Assembly: GCF_009914755.1 (NCBI RefSeq)
Contig: NC_060940.1
Source of the DNA: the human T2T-CHM13v2.0 reference genome, Homo sapiens
Strand: one strand, 5' to 3'
Length of the DNA: 64,000 nt
Of the stretch, positions 13,769 to 27,925 are shown in pieces; the stretch's first letter is position 1; the number at the start of each line of letters is the position of its first letter. A program made the position numbers and the translations under genes. The notes under the pieces were generated by a model that searched no databases, was not told where the DNA came from, and was given only the letters and a program-made list of their open reading frames with translations.

Positions 13769-14250
13769 TGTAGGAGATCAGTCAGGGTGGTGGGAAAAGT
13801 TATAAGAAACAGTTATAGGGAAAGATGCAAACCTTCTTGGAAGGCCGGGAGGTTTTGCAAATGCTTCAGTAAAGAATTATGGCTGAAGGCAGCCAAATTC
13901 TCCTATCCGGCTGCTGAGAGCAAAGGGCAGATAACAAGGGCATGTAAAGGAGATTATCTAGACAAATTTGTTTACTTCTGTCTCCAGAAATCAACCTTTG
14001 ATCGTTTGCATGCAGGGCTGCTCTCTACTCGGGGTCGACACTGTTTATTACACACAAATTGTGTTTGCTCCAAGCCTTTGTCGTTAAATCTGTACTAAAT
14101 AAATGTGAGTGGGGCCAGCTTATGGGGGCAGCACTCTCATCGGCGGTGCTGAGCCGTGAGGTCCCCTACCTGCCCTGTCAGGCAAAATACTTGTGTCAGC
14201 ATACTTCTTTCATCCGTCACTCAGCCAGAGTCTGTAAGACAGACTCAGCA
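13769..14250 (+). mobile_element. LTR22-family solo LTR (HERV-K HML-5)
   Basis: TGTAGGAGATCAGTCAGGGTGGTGGGA..GACAGACTCAGCA; flanks CCAGGT/CTAGGT; AATAAA near 14098. Confidence 0.85.
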
Positions 14251-16189
14251 CTAGGTCACATTTTGAAAGAGAAAATAGAGCGAAAAATCAGTCAGCTTTC
14301 CAAATTTGTTTTTAAATTATTGACAATAAACAATATTATGTGACATATGTCACATACAAATATTATTATGTGACATATTAGAACATGAGATACTTTCACA
14401 AAATGATTTAGGATTTAATGACTGCCACATCAAGTAGAGATAATTTTTATCCACCACAGGTATATTCTATTATGGAGTGATTACATCACTCAACACAGGA
14501 CATATTTTCCCCCAGTCATTAGTTGTCTGAATTTCAATAGCTTGCTTTATAGGTTAGCTCAGTTGACTAGACCCTCATGCTAAAGAATCCATCATTATTA
14601 CACATTAAACTCAAAGTTAGATGACTGTATACCTGGGTAGAGAGATCATACTACATATTCTCTCATCCACAATCCTTGAGATCCTGCATTTTAAAATACT
14701 TTCCAAATGGTTCTAATAGTCAGTATATCTGACACACGCCTAATCAACACTAATGTCCTTTAAGTGTAAATGAGAGTCTTGAGACTAAAAGGGCCAGGGT
14801 GGTTCATTCAGGGACATACTCTGAGACTCAGAGCTGAAAACAGATCAGTAGTTCTTGATTCTGAAGCACACGGAAAACAAAGAAAAACAAAAGAGTCGAA
14901 AGTCAAAGGTGATTCTAATTATCAGTGAGGATTGAGACTCAATGAATAAGATCTAAATCTGATTCCCATTCTAGTGCTCTCTGCACAAGTAATATATCTC
15001 TTTAATTTTCAGCTCCTTGTTTTTGGAATTTTTGGTCACCAAATTCCACAGATAAAACTAAAATAGATAACAGATCTATATGTTTAACAGATCCAGAAGA
15101 CAGGATTCCTCCCATGGTAGTTTGTGAGATGACATTGATAAGACACAAATTGAAAATCAAGTAACATTGATAGAAACAGTAAGAAAGTCACTTTTATTTT
15201 TTCAAATTTTTTTCTGATATGTCAAAGATAAAGTCAGATAAAGTCCATTTGAAGTTACTGTGGTATTATTTTATTTACCAGTATCTTTTTGTATGAAAGA
15301 GAATGAGGAGGCATTGGCAGAGGGTCAAGTATGTGTGAGTTCGTGTGTCTTGCATTGTATTTATTTTCATAGTTCCCTTTACTTATAGAAAGTAACATGA
15401 TAATAAGGTAAAATTTTCTTTTAAAATTAGCTTTCAGCAGTCTACTTTGGGAAATATATTTTAATGTCATTAATATTAAATATTAATTTTTTTAAATAGT
15501 GTCAGGCTTGTGAGCATTCAGGAAATCATTGCAGGAATAATAATGACTGTTACCGAATATGCTTGTCCATGCAATCAAAGCCTTTGACACTTCATTCAAG
15601 AACTCTCTTGTCTGTTACATCGAGGATCATGTCAAATATTCTTAAAGGGAATCTTCTGTTCCAGTAATTTTTGTGATAATCCCACCATATGTTACTATTT
15701 TGGAAAACTTGATAGAGAGATGAAAATATCAAAGTAGGCATATGTTTTTATGAAAGTTTCAGAAAAGTATGTTTATTTTGACTTATGTCTAAATTAGATT
15801 CCTAACAGCTGAATGAAATGTAAATTAGTTGTTTTTGTTGCAGAAGATAGACATTCCATAAAACATGGTATCAATCGTCTTAAAAGTGCTTTATTTTGGT
15901 CTGTGAAGTGATGGCCGGCATGATCACTCTTACAGCTGATAAGAATGAACACCAAAAAGTGTTCAGACACTCAGGACATAACGTGGAAGTAGTCAGGTCG
16001 TGCATGTCCTTTCAATCTTCAGGGTTTTTGTACCTACCACTCTCTCTGAACAGAAATCTTTCTCTTCTTCCTTTCTCCTTTTTTCCTAACCTGCATTTCT
16101 GAAAAGCTCTTCAGGTAATTTGGATCATCAGGCAGGTGGGAGTGACTGATCTAGTTCAAACTTCTTCATCTATAAAAAATAAATTAGCA

Positions 16190-16790
16190 CCCACACAAAG
16201 CCTCCCTGATGCCACTATGTCAGATCTCTAGAGCACCCTGCATTCTTTTACTTTCATAGGATTGACAAAAATCACAACAAATCACAAAGTGGCATATGCT
16301 GAGAACCTATTAAAGTATTTAAGATTACTTTTTTCACTTAAGTTCCTTGAGCACAAGACCATGTCTGTCTCAAGCATCCCTTTAACCCATTGCTTTCCTA
16401 GAATCGGGTGTGGTACATGGCAGATACGCAATATATCAGTGGTCCCCATCCTTTCTGGAAGCAAGGACTGGCTTTGTGGAAGACATTTTTTCACGGATGT
16501 AGTGAGGGGGTGGGTAGTTTCAGGATAAAACCATTACAACTCAGCTAATCAGGCAGGCATTAGATTTCCATAAGGAGCACACAATCTGGATCCCTTGCCT
16601 GCACAGTTCACATTAGAGTTTGTGCTCCTATGAGAATCTAATGCTACCTCTGATCTGACAGGAGGCAGAGCTCAGACTGCAATGCCACTCACCTCCTGCT
16701 GTGCCTGCCCAGTTCCCAGCAGGCCACGAACCACTCCTGGTCTGCCTCCTGGGGTTTGGGGACCCCCGCAATATGTGTCTTCTTAATAAA
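16190..16790 (+). mobile_element. L2 LINE 3' end, interrupted by MER1B
   Basis: AAGTTCCTTGAGCACAAGACCATGTCTG..GTGTGGTACATGGCAGATACGCAATA, L2 tail; approximate. Confidence 0.55.
16437..16768 (+). mobile_element. MER1B (hAT-Charlie) DNA transposon
   Basis: CAGTGGTCCCCA..TTTGGGGACCCCCG terminal inverted repeats; 8-bp TSD CAATATAT/CAATATGT. Confidence 0.9.
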
Positions 16791-17223
16791 TCTGCAAAAG
16801 CCTTTCTAATTCTATAGGGACCGTGACCATTAACACACAATATTATATTGGAAGGTGCTTTGGACTGTCCAGAGTGTTAAACGAATGTAAGGGAGGGGTG
16901 AAACTTTAACATAATTGCCAATATCATTTTCTTCTCACTGACTTACTCAGGAATGTGGGTTACCTGACTCATGGGTTTCCTGCACTGGAAGACTTAAAGC
17001 ACTACTTCTGAACAATATAGAAAATGGACTAGATGTATAAGTACCAAGCACCTAGCATAGAATACAGGTTATTATCTAAAATTGTGAGCTAATCCAGAAG
17101 CTGCAGCATGTTAGTGCCTGAAGGAGTAGAAAAAGAGACAGCATAGGTTTTTATGATGGAATTGTTGCTAGATTTAGCAGATGAAAATTCAGGGCAACTA
17201 GTTGAATTTGAATTTCAGATAAA

Positions 17224-17224
<1 letters not shown>

Positions 17225-17254
<30 letters not shown>
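17225..17254. repeat. (CA)n microsatellite
   Basis: About 15 CA units. Confidence 0.97.
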
Positions 17255-17258
<4 letters not shown>

Positions 17259-17268
17259 TATACATGTA

Positions 17269-17617
17269 CACTTGGCCCTCCATATCTGTGAGGTTAACAT
17301 CCATGAATTCAACCAACTGTGGATGGAAAATATTTGGGGACAAAAATGGATGATTGTGTTTGTAGTGACATGTACAGACTTTTTTTTTCTTGTCATTATA
17401 TCCTAGATAATATAGAACAGCTATTTGCATACCATTTACATTGTATTAGATATTATAAGTAATCTAGAGACACTTTAAAGAAGACAGGAGGATGTACATA
17501 GGTTGTATGCAAATACTATACTATTTTATGTAAGGGACTTGAATATCTGGACATTTTAGTATTCATGAAAAGGGGATGTGTTCTGGAACCAATTCCCATG
17601 ATGTTGAGGAATGACTG
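17269..17617. mobile_element. MER2 (TcMar-Tigger) DNA transposon
   Basis: TTGGCCCTCCATATCTGTG..ATTCAACCAACTGTGGAT..GTAATCTAGAGA..TGAGGAATGACTG. Confidence 0.85.
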
Positions 17618-17689
17618 TGTATAGTATATGTGTATCCTATATTTTTAAAAGCTCTATTCATTTTATAGCTAAAATTTACATTTAACCAG

Positions 17690-18088
17690 TATTAAAAATG
17701 AAACTTAGGCATATCTTAAGAAGTGTACTTGAGCACTCAGCAATCTATGAATCCGGCAGCACCAGACTGCAAGCGGTTGGGTGGTTGAACTCCACTGGGG
17801 AGTGCAAGGAAATAACTTTTATAAGGTGTTCATAGAAACAGGAAAAAATATTTGATTGGTTAAAGTGGAAAGTCCTTAGAGTTTAGTGGGCAGTTTTTAA
17901 TTGGTGAAGTCTCTACTTAGCAGTTAGTTCATGGTTTTTGGATGGGTTCCACTTAGTTTTGTTGTTTTGTTTTGTTTTTCGCTAGGGTATGAACATTCAC
18001 TGTGAGTTGAGTTTCAGTTTGCTTGATTAGAAACTCAAGTTGCTGGGGCCCTCTCAGCCTAATGGCCTCCCAATTAATTATTTTAACA
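17690..18088 (-). mobile_element. ERV1 solo LTR, MER93-like
   Basis: Minus strand starts TGTTAAAATAATTAATTGGGAGGCCATTAGGCTGAG; TSD CCAG/CTAG; subfamily uncertain. Confidence 0.65.
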
Positions 18089-18810
18089 CTAGGCATCTTA
18101 CTTTTCATCAGGTACACCTGTACCATAGGGTAACAATAACACAACAATAACAGTAAGATACTGTCTAGAGCGTGACTTCACTCAGGAAGTTTTGGCCAAA
18201 CCTTAGAGGCAGGAATCCTCTTTGCTGGAGACTGACTAAAAACTGGAAAGGAGGAGAAGAGAGTGTTGAAAGAAGGGTCTTAAAATGGAGAGGTTAGTGA
18301 AGAAGATATCTTAGTAATTTGTTTATCCTATTGGTGAAAGTTCTAGCTGAGTTACAAATATTGGCAGGAGTAGCTTCCATAGAAGTCTCTGGTGTTTACA
18401 AAATAGCTGAGGGGAAGTAAGGAACATTCAGTGTTTCAGTTGCCTTGTAGTTTATCTAGACACTAGGTCACTTGCTCCTGGGATTTGTGGGGATGAGTTG
18501 AGATGAGTTTCACTCAGTTAACATGATCCCAGGGTGAAGCAGTTGGCCTGTTGAAGGGTAGAGAGGTGTTTAGAAAACAGCTTTAATTTAACAAAACCAG
18601 AACAAATATCTTATTGGTCCTTGACCTGAGCTTAGGTTAATTTTTGTAAAAAATAACAAGATTACAACCCATGCTGTGGATCATTTAGCTCATATTTTAG
18701 AATTAATCATAGGGAACAAACTGAAAGATTGATAGACATAGTGGAAAACATAAATGAGCAATCAGGGTCAGGAACTTTGGCTAAGACATATGCTGCATGC
18801 AAATTTAATA

Positions 18811-19045
18811 TAATAGGTATAGCGAACATTTTGATGTTTACCCTGTGCCCAAACTGTTTCCAGAGCTTAAGTTCTATTTTCATGGCAGTCCTTTTGGAGA
18901 AGGTATTATCGTTTTCTCCATTTTATTGATCAGCAAATTGAGATTTAAATAGGTTAAATAATTTACTTAGATTCCCTGGCCAGTAAATGGCTGAGTCAGG
19001 ATTTAAACCAGGTAGTGGCACCACAGCTTCCAAGGGATAAACTAT
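18811..19045 (-). mobile_element. MIR SINE
   Basis: CCATTTTATTGATCAGCAAATTGAG..AGTAAATGGCTGAGTCAGGATTTAAACC. Confidence 0.65.
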
Positions 19046-19074
19046 CATTTTATTTTTTCTTGAGTCATACTATC

Positions 19075-19440
19075 TGATATGGTTTGGCTGTGTCCCCAGC
19101 CAAATTTCAACTTGAATTGTATCTCCCAGAATTCCCACATGTTGTGGGAGGGACCCAGGGGGAGGTAATTGAATCATGGGGGCTTGTCTTTCTCATGCTA
19201 TTCTTGTAATAGTAATTAAGTCACATGATATCTGATGGGATCAGATAGTAAATTACTAGGGGTTTCCGGTTTTGCTTCTTCCTCATTTTCTCTTGCTGCT
19301 GCCATGTAAGAAGTGCCTTTTGCCTCCCACCATGATTCTGAGGCCTCCCCAGTCATGTGGAACTATAAGTCCCATTAAACCTCTTCTTCTTCCCAATCTC
19401 CGGTATGTCTTTGTCAGCAGCATGAAAAAGGACTAATACA
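19075..19440 (+). mobile_element. THE1A-like MaLR solo LTR
   Basis: TGATATGGTTTGGCTGTGTCCCC..GGACTAATACA, full length. Confidence 0.92.
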
Positions 19441-20568
19441 TTACCCTGTAAAACTTTATTTAATTTTAACCTTTGATTGCAACATGGGCAAAATAACACC
19501 CTTCACATTTCTCTCAATGCTACCTGAGAAATAAAAATAGTCCAAGAGGAGTGATAAATGGCAATCAACACTCTATCCAAATGTAGGGAGATGCAGAGAT
19601 CAGTAGGAATTATAGAACAGTGGCAACCCCTTCCTCATCTGAAAAAGAGCAGTTTCTACTCTTCTCCAGGAACTTATAGCGACGTATAAGTGAGGGCCAA
19701 ATGGTGACAGAAACTGATATTTCAAGGGATTAAAGAAATTCAGATTAGTGTGTAAAATCTCTTACTGAATCTCCACAAGAAGGCAACTGATTTCTGTTTT
19801 TGTTTTGTTTTGATTTTAATAGCATGAAGCCAGCAAGGTATAACACGCAACTCAGATCATGTATGAGTTGGCTTTGGTCCAAAAAGGACAGTATGAGACC
19901 TCAACACTCTGTTGTGCTAAGCAGACCTGGATTGCTTTTTTCTGAACTTGCGTAGAAATTCTGGAGTGACTCCACACCTCTTTTAGAGATACTCTCCTAG
20001 GATGTGGCTGGCACAGGGCCCCACTTCAGCCTGGAAGCAGAAGAGCTAATCAGACTACAGTGTCACATTTATCTCCATTCCCCGATGTGGCTGAAGGTGG
20101 AACTTTCATTTACAATTAAATATTTTTGTTTAATCAAAATCAACGAGGCCAAGTTGAATAGGCTCTTTGGCCAATATTCTTTTAATGCAAAGTTAGTAAA
20201 GGACTTAACTAAGCAATGAGGTCATTCAAAAGAGTCTATTTATTATGAATAACAAGTATTCTGTGGAACTACTTTCTAAAACTATGATGAAATTTCTACT
20301 TAAAATTATATTGTTTGATTTTCTCTTTTCCTTATAGATACAAAAGTGCAGCCATTCTGTGATCCCTTTGAAAGAACTGTCTGTGCAAAAAATGAGACTT
20401 AGGCATTAGCCCAGTTATTTCTATCACGTACTATCACCAATTCTAATGTACTTCACCTGGAAGATAAATATCAATTGGTTTTCAGGGGAGGGAGAAAAAG
20501 TTAAGTTGAAGCTGATGTATCCTTTGAGGGGAAAAGACAACAACAAAAAAGTCATGTAACAATGTAAC

Positions 20569-20867
20569 TTTTTTTTTTTTTTTTGGATACGGAGTCTTGC
20601 TTTGTAGCCCAGGCTGGCGTTCAATGGCACCATCTTGGCTCACTGAAACTTCCACCTCCCGGGTTCGAGCGATTCTCCTGTCTCAGCCTCCCAAGTAGCT
20701 GAGATTACAGATGCGCACTGCTACACCCGGCTAATTTTTTGTACTTTAGTAGAGACAGGGTTTCACCATGTTGCCCAGGCTAATCACCAACTCCTGAGCT
20801 CAAGCAGTCCACCTGCCTTGGCCTCCGAAAGTGCTAGGATTACAGGCATGAGCCACCATGCCAGGCC
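20569..20867 (-). mobile_element. AluS
   Basis: Full dimeric Alu, poly-T head, short TSD AACAAT. Confidence 0.95.
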
Positions 20868-20916
20868 AACAATTTTTTTAGAAGTATTGCTCACTTTTAT
20901 TTAGTAGTCTTGATTC

Positions 20917-21203
<287 letters not shown>

Positions 21204-22283
21204 ACTCTTGATTCTTGAGTAACTCAATTAAGTAAAATAATTTCTGGTTTTAAGTGAAAAAAAAAAATTAAAGCTCAGAGAGATTAAGTAACTTTCCTAA
21301 TATTGCACAGCAAGCTAGTAGGAAAACTAAAATGCAAAGCTCTCTTTCTCTCACTGTGCTCCCTGCTTCCTCCCTGAACCGCATCACTAAATGCATCAAT
21401 CTTAACCTTAAAGAGGGCTGCAAGACACAAGGATTCACAAATACAGAATTGAGTAAAGAACTGATTTAGAATCAGAAAACTTGTCACAACAAAATATAAA
21501 TTTGAGAAATGACAAAACATACAAACATCACAAAATACAAGAAGAAAAAAACATAATCTTTGTATAAAATGACTGGTACACCTATAGATACAACATTTTT
21601 TTCATAAAAATTTTACTCTCTGCCTCTTTTAATGACAATTATTTTTGTGGGATATTTTTTATTAGAGAGCATAAAACAATTAAATCAGTCTCCCTTCTAA
21701 AATAGTTTAAAAATTAGATTAATTTAAAAATTAAAGCTATTAAAAAATTGTCACTAACTTAGAACAGCCATTGTTGGTAATATCATGCAGATATTTGATA
21801 TTGTTAAATTTGGGGGAACCTCTATCAGGTTCCTTTTACATAAGTTTAAATGCTCAGAGCATTTTGAATTTTTCCTATACAATAACTGGTTTTAAATACT
21901 CTGAATTGAATATAGCTGGTACATATGGAAATGTATAGGTTACATGATTAGCCTACTTCTGATACCGGTGAACTTTCTTTTGACTAGATATTGATTAAGA
22001 ACTGAATACTTTGATTTTCACTGAGCATTGCTGATGATTGGGAAATGTTTCACAGGCTAGATTCTGCATCAGAATCATTCAGCATTGCTTCTTCTTCACT
22101 ATGTAACTCTGTCGCCTGGCATTGTTCAGTAGGACATGTTCATATAGTAATAGGACCTCTACATTTGCACTTTCCTACCACAACCCTTGCTGAGTTAACA
22201 CAGCAGACAGAAAGGTAATTCCCAGAAGCCACTCCCACACCAGGGCAGCCAGCATTAATTAAAGCTGATACAGAAGTAACTGA

Positions 22284-22725
<442 letters not shown>

Positions 22726-22997
22726 CCAAAAAACCTTGTTAATAAGACTGAGGGCAACATCTGTATACAGTAAGTTTTTGGAGTCTAGTTTAAGACAGAT
22801 CTTTCAATGCATGTCTGGATTAAGGTTGAATAAGGATCATTATATAATAGTTTAGGATAGATGGGCAGAGCAAAATGAGAAATTCAAATCCAAATTTGAA
22901 AAGTTTTAAAAAGTAAATCAAACTTCCTAAATTGAACAGTTTGATGTTCACTCATTTTTTTCAGGATGTTCCTGAAACTAGCAATATTTTTTTGTGA

Positions 22998-23322
<325 letters not shown>

Positions 23323-24140
23323 GACAAGGGTTTTTTTAGAATAGAAAAGTTGTGTTACTGAAGAGTAAAGTCATGTTATTGAAGATGTCCACATAGAAAG
23401 TCATCGTCATGTAGCTAGTAAGATGTACAGGTGTCAGTGATTTGGGTTCTTACCCCAAGTATTGATCCATGGCCTCTCCAAGAACACTTTCAGGACCAAA
23501 GGCAAACTGAATTCTTTGTGATTTAAATCATTTACTTTAGAAAAATTACAAAAATGTGTGGTTATGTGAACAGGTGCCCAAGCAACATACAACACATGCC
23601 CTTCAGGATTTGGAAGGGGTTTAAATTTCCCCATGAAAGCGAGGTTTAAATTTCCTTAGCTTCATGATAAATGTCAGGAATCAGACTCTTGACCACTGTG
23701 TTATCTTTCCACGCTCCCACCCCACTCCTAAACCTGATTAAATAAAGAGGTTTAGCTCTAGTCTAAGGCAGGTAGATTGAAAAACAAACTTGAGCAAGGC
23801 TGCACTAAACCAAAGGCTATATTCTAAGAGAGCCTGCAATCTGAATTCTGTGATGGTAAAAAAGAACCATCACCCTTGACTCTTCTCCTCTCCAACCACC
23901 CCTGCCAGGTCCTTTTAATGGGTATACAGTTTTTTTCTGGTAATGTAAGCACTTCAGTAATCAATGTCCTTTAGCATGGTGAATAGATACAAATAATACC
24001 ATTACTTATTAATGACAGAAAAGTGCTAGGATGAAACATGTTTCCCAGCATATTTTCTGATTGGATGCAGAGAGATTGCCTTTTATCTTGACAACTAGGG
24101 CACCTTACTTATTTCCTCTGCACCAGGCAGGAGGAGTATG

Positions 24141-24142
<2 letters not shown>

Positions 24143-24182
<40 letters not shown>

Positions 24183-24197
24183 ATACACACATACACA
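24143..24197. repeat. (CA)n microsatellite, imperfect 3' part
   Basis: About 17 perfect units, then CATACA variants. Confidence 0.97.
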
Positions 24198-24737
24198 TTT
24201 CTCTCCTTTTGATCTTATGATTCTTACTGAATAGACACTTACTTGGCCTAAGTCAGTTAACAAATATGAGATGTGCAATGTCCTATCTAATTTTTATATA
24301 AATTTACTTCATTTAACTTGACATTTACAACATTACTATAACATGGTTCTTGCATTTTTACATTTTATAAATGAAGACATCAAAATTCAGATAGTTTTAC
24401 TAATTTGTCCAAAGGACTCAAAAGATCTGATTTCAAACCTCAAATCTAAATAAATTGCATTTACCAACATGTCATGACCCCTTTACAGAACAATATATGT
24501 TTTGTCAGATTAAAAATAAAGGCTAAGTAGTTTTATGTGTGTTTGTTTGTTTATTCATTTATTTATTAGAAAGTTTAATCATTTTTATCTCTAACCATTA
24601 ATGAACATTAAAAGTGGACTCTAATTGCCTGGAATGCTTCAAGTGATCCAGCTTGCTTGACTCACTTTATTTTATAAGATTTAAGGAAAACTAGCTTAAA
24701 TACTCCTCTTTACTATACCTGGAACATCTTCAGAGAT

Positions 24738-24759
24738 TTTTTTTTTTTTTTTTTTTTTT
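24738..24759. repeat. Poly(T) tract
   Basis: About 22 consecutive T, no adjacent Alu body. Confidence 0.9.
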
Positions 24760-25537
24760 GTGAAAACAGTTTCCCTTTTTTATTCCACACATACTGTACA
24801 CACAACCGGAGAAGGGCAACAGCTACTCCATTATTATTTTTTTGTTGTTGTTCAGTGATGTAAGCAGCAAGTCAGCAGAGATTTTTAGAGAGCTGGTATT
24901 TTACTTTGTTATTCCCTACTCCAATTTCCTGTTTTTGCTAATTCTAAAATCCCATCATACCTTGATTACTGCCTTTTTCTGTCTTTCTGGTAGCAACTCA
25001 AATGCATAAGTCAAAATTTTTCATCCTTTTATAAAAACTCTGATAGCAATTATTGATAAAATTTTGGTGTACAATTCAATGTGAACTAACATTTTTAAAA
25101 TGTTACTGATGGTGTTATGTATGTGCTGTGTGTTTGCATTTGTGTCTGTGTGTACACGCACACATGTAAGGTTGGAGTGGAAGTGAATGAAGGTTACAGT
25201 TTTGTATTGCAGAGAATATTAAGCAATAGGCTACTCTAAAATTTCAAGTTTTTGGCTTTTATGGACACCCTGTCCTCAAAAACTACCCTGCAGCCATGTT
25301 ACCAGGCTCTTCTCTTTGGCTCACTTGCTTCTCAATCTAGTTGAGTTCTTCCAACTCTTATTACACTATTGGGGAATGTATATTCTTGTTCACACTAGAT
25401 ATTAAATGGAATATAGAGGAATATTGCTAGCAAGCAATGTACTGTATTAGAAAATTTCCCTAAATAGAGTATCTTTTGCTTCCCACAGAAGTCACGTCAC
25501 TTTAGAGAACAAGCAGCAGGGATTTCTTGTTATTTGA

Positions 25538-26008
<471 letters not shown>

Positions 26009-27035
26009 TTTCTACATCATTTTAGATTACTCTTTAAAACCCTACTTTTAAATAATTTCCATGTTAATATTTGTGTAATAACACTTGAAACATTTATAAA
26101 GTGTAGTCTCTGATCCTATTAGCCATAGAGTAATCATTATCACAGTATCTTTGTATCTTGTAAACTCTAGCTTTTGACAGCAACTCTCTAGTTTTACAAG
26201 TGCAACTATTTTTTCAGCACAATAACTTATTGGCTACCCGGAAACATATGGTAATCCAGGTGTAAGCATCCCTGGATAACTGCCTAAGCAGCTGAATCCC
26301 CACCTGGTATTCTGCTTTTGGCCTGTAATCAAATTCTTCCTACATTGGACCACTTGTTTTTTTCTAGATACAAATACAATTTTACTTTCAGATAGAGTGT
26401 TTGACAAGAATGGCATTTAAATTCTGTTGTCTGTTGTATCAAAACATGTATTTATATTTGTTTATTGGAGTTGTTAAAGATAGATGATACACATAGAAGA
26501 ACATAATTTTGGACCACTACCTCATACTATAAAGGCAAGTAATTAAAAATCAATCAAATATAAAGAATAATGTTGAGGTAATATGTGTATTGTATGTGTG
26601 AGAGTGTGTGCCTGCATATGTGTATGTGTGTGTGTGTGGTGAATGGACCACTTTTAAAGTTCAGGAATGCGTAATTGTTCTAAGGCTCTTAGTGCTTCTT
26701 GGATCTCAGTGATGATAAAAATCATTTAAACTGGGAAGGAACGGACTTCAAAAACAAATAAAAAAGAAAAAGTGGATTATTGGTTTCCACTCACTGAGAT
26801 TTCTGGGTTATACACTGTTTCTACTGAATCAGAATGTCATTTTCAAAATAAGTCTGCAAGTGATATGACAACTGCTTATCAAGCACTTACTAGACACCTG
26901 GAAGAGCGTTGTTTCTACTCAATAGCTAACTTTCATGTGAGCACTGCCCTCTCTGTGATTTTAATCCAGAGGAATTGTAAATTATTACTTATTTTTTTTA
27001 TTAAAGTTGATCTCCTCAAATTTCAATCTGAAACT

Positions 27036-27600
27036 GGTGATTCCTCAAGGATCTAGAACTAGAAATACCATCTGACTCAGTAATCCCATTACTGGGTATA
27101 TACCCAAAGGATTATAAATCATTCTACCATAAAGACACATCCACACATATGTTTATTGTGGCATGCTCACAATAGCAGATTTGGAACCAACCCAAATGTC
27201 CATCAATGATAGACTGGATAAAGAAAATGTGGCACATATACACCATGGAATACTATGCAGTCATAAAAAAGGATGAGTTCATGTCCTTTGCAGGGACATG
27301 GATGAAGCCAGAAACCACCATTCTCAGTAAACTATCACAAGAACAGAAAACCAAACATGACATGTTCTCACTTATAAGTGGGAGTTGAACAATGAGAACA
27401 CCTGGACACAAGGAGGGGAACATCACACACCAGGGCCTGTCGGGGGGTGGGGGGCTAGGGGAGGGATAGCATTAGGAGAAATACCTAATGTAGGTGACGA
27501 GTTGATGGGTGCAGCAAACCACTATGGCACGTATATACCTATGTAACAAACCTGAACGTTCTGCACATGTACCCCAGAACTTAAAGCATAATAATAATAA
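27036..27600 (+). mobile_element. 5'-truncated L1PA (about PA6-8) 3' end
   Basis: L1 ORF2 end plus 3' UTR with G-rich tract, ending GTACCCCAGAACTTAAAG and an (AAT)n tail. Confidence 0.95.
27206..27388 (+). pseudogene. L1 ORF2p C-terminal remnant (not a host gene)
   Basis: MIDWIKKMWHIYTMEYYA..ILSKLSQEQKTKH..FSLISGS is the canonical L1 ORF2p C-terminus. Confidence 0.95.
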
Positions 27601-27739
27601 TAACTAATCCTTCATATTATAATAATAAACTAATTTAAAAACTAATCCTTAAAATATTATTATAATAATTTAAAAACTAATAATAATAATAATAATAAAC
27701 TAATCCTTGTGTTCTACTCTTCAATTTACAACAAAAAGA

Positions 27740-27925
27740 AGAAAGACTGTGGTCTTTGAAGGCAGATCAGAATCCAAACTCAGAAGAGTCTCTCACTTAT
27801 TTTTACCCTCCTTGTTCTCAGCAGTAAAATAGGGCAAAAGCAATTCTCTCACAAGGGGTATATTGAAGATTAAGTGGAAGTGTATAACTCGGTATTTATC
27901 CTACTATAGACATCTTGTTAAATAA
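27740..27925 (+). mobile_element. MIR SINE (degenerate)
   Basis: GGTCTTTGAAGGCAGA..CAGTAAAATAGGG..TTGAAGATTAAGTG. Confidence 0.45.

Larger units (their letters stand above)
17161..18120. mobile_element. MER53-like hAT MITE, split by (CA)n, MER2 and a MER93-like LTR
   Basis: TTGCTAGATTTAGCAGATGAAAATTCAGG..GAATTTGAATTTCAGATAAA left arm; right-arm pieces at 17620-17689 and 18089-18120. Confidence 0.6.

Noticed and set aside
27206-27388. 60-aa ORF as a host gene
   Set aside because: It is the C-terminus of L1 ORF2p in a truncated element.
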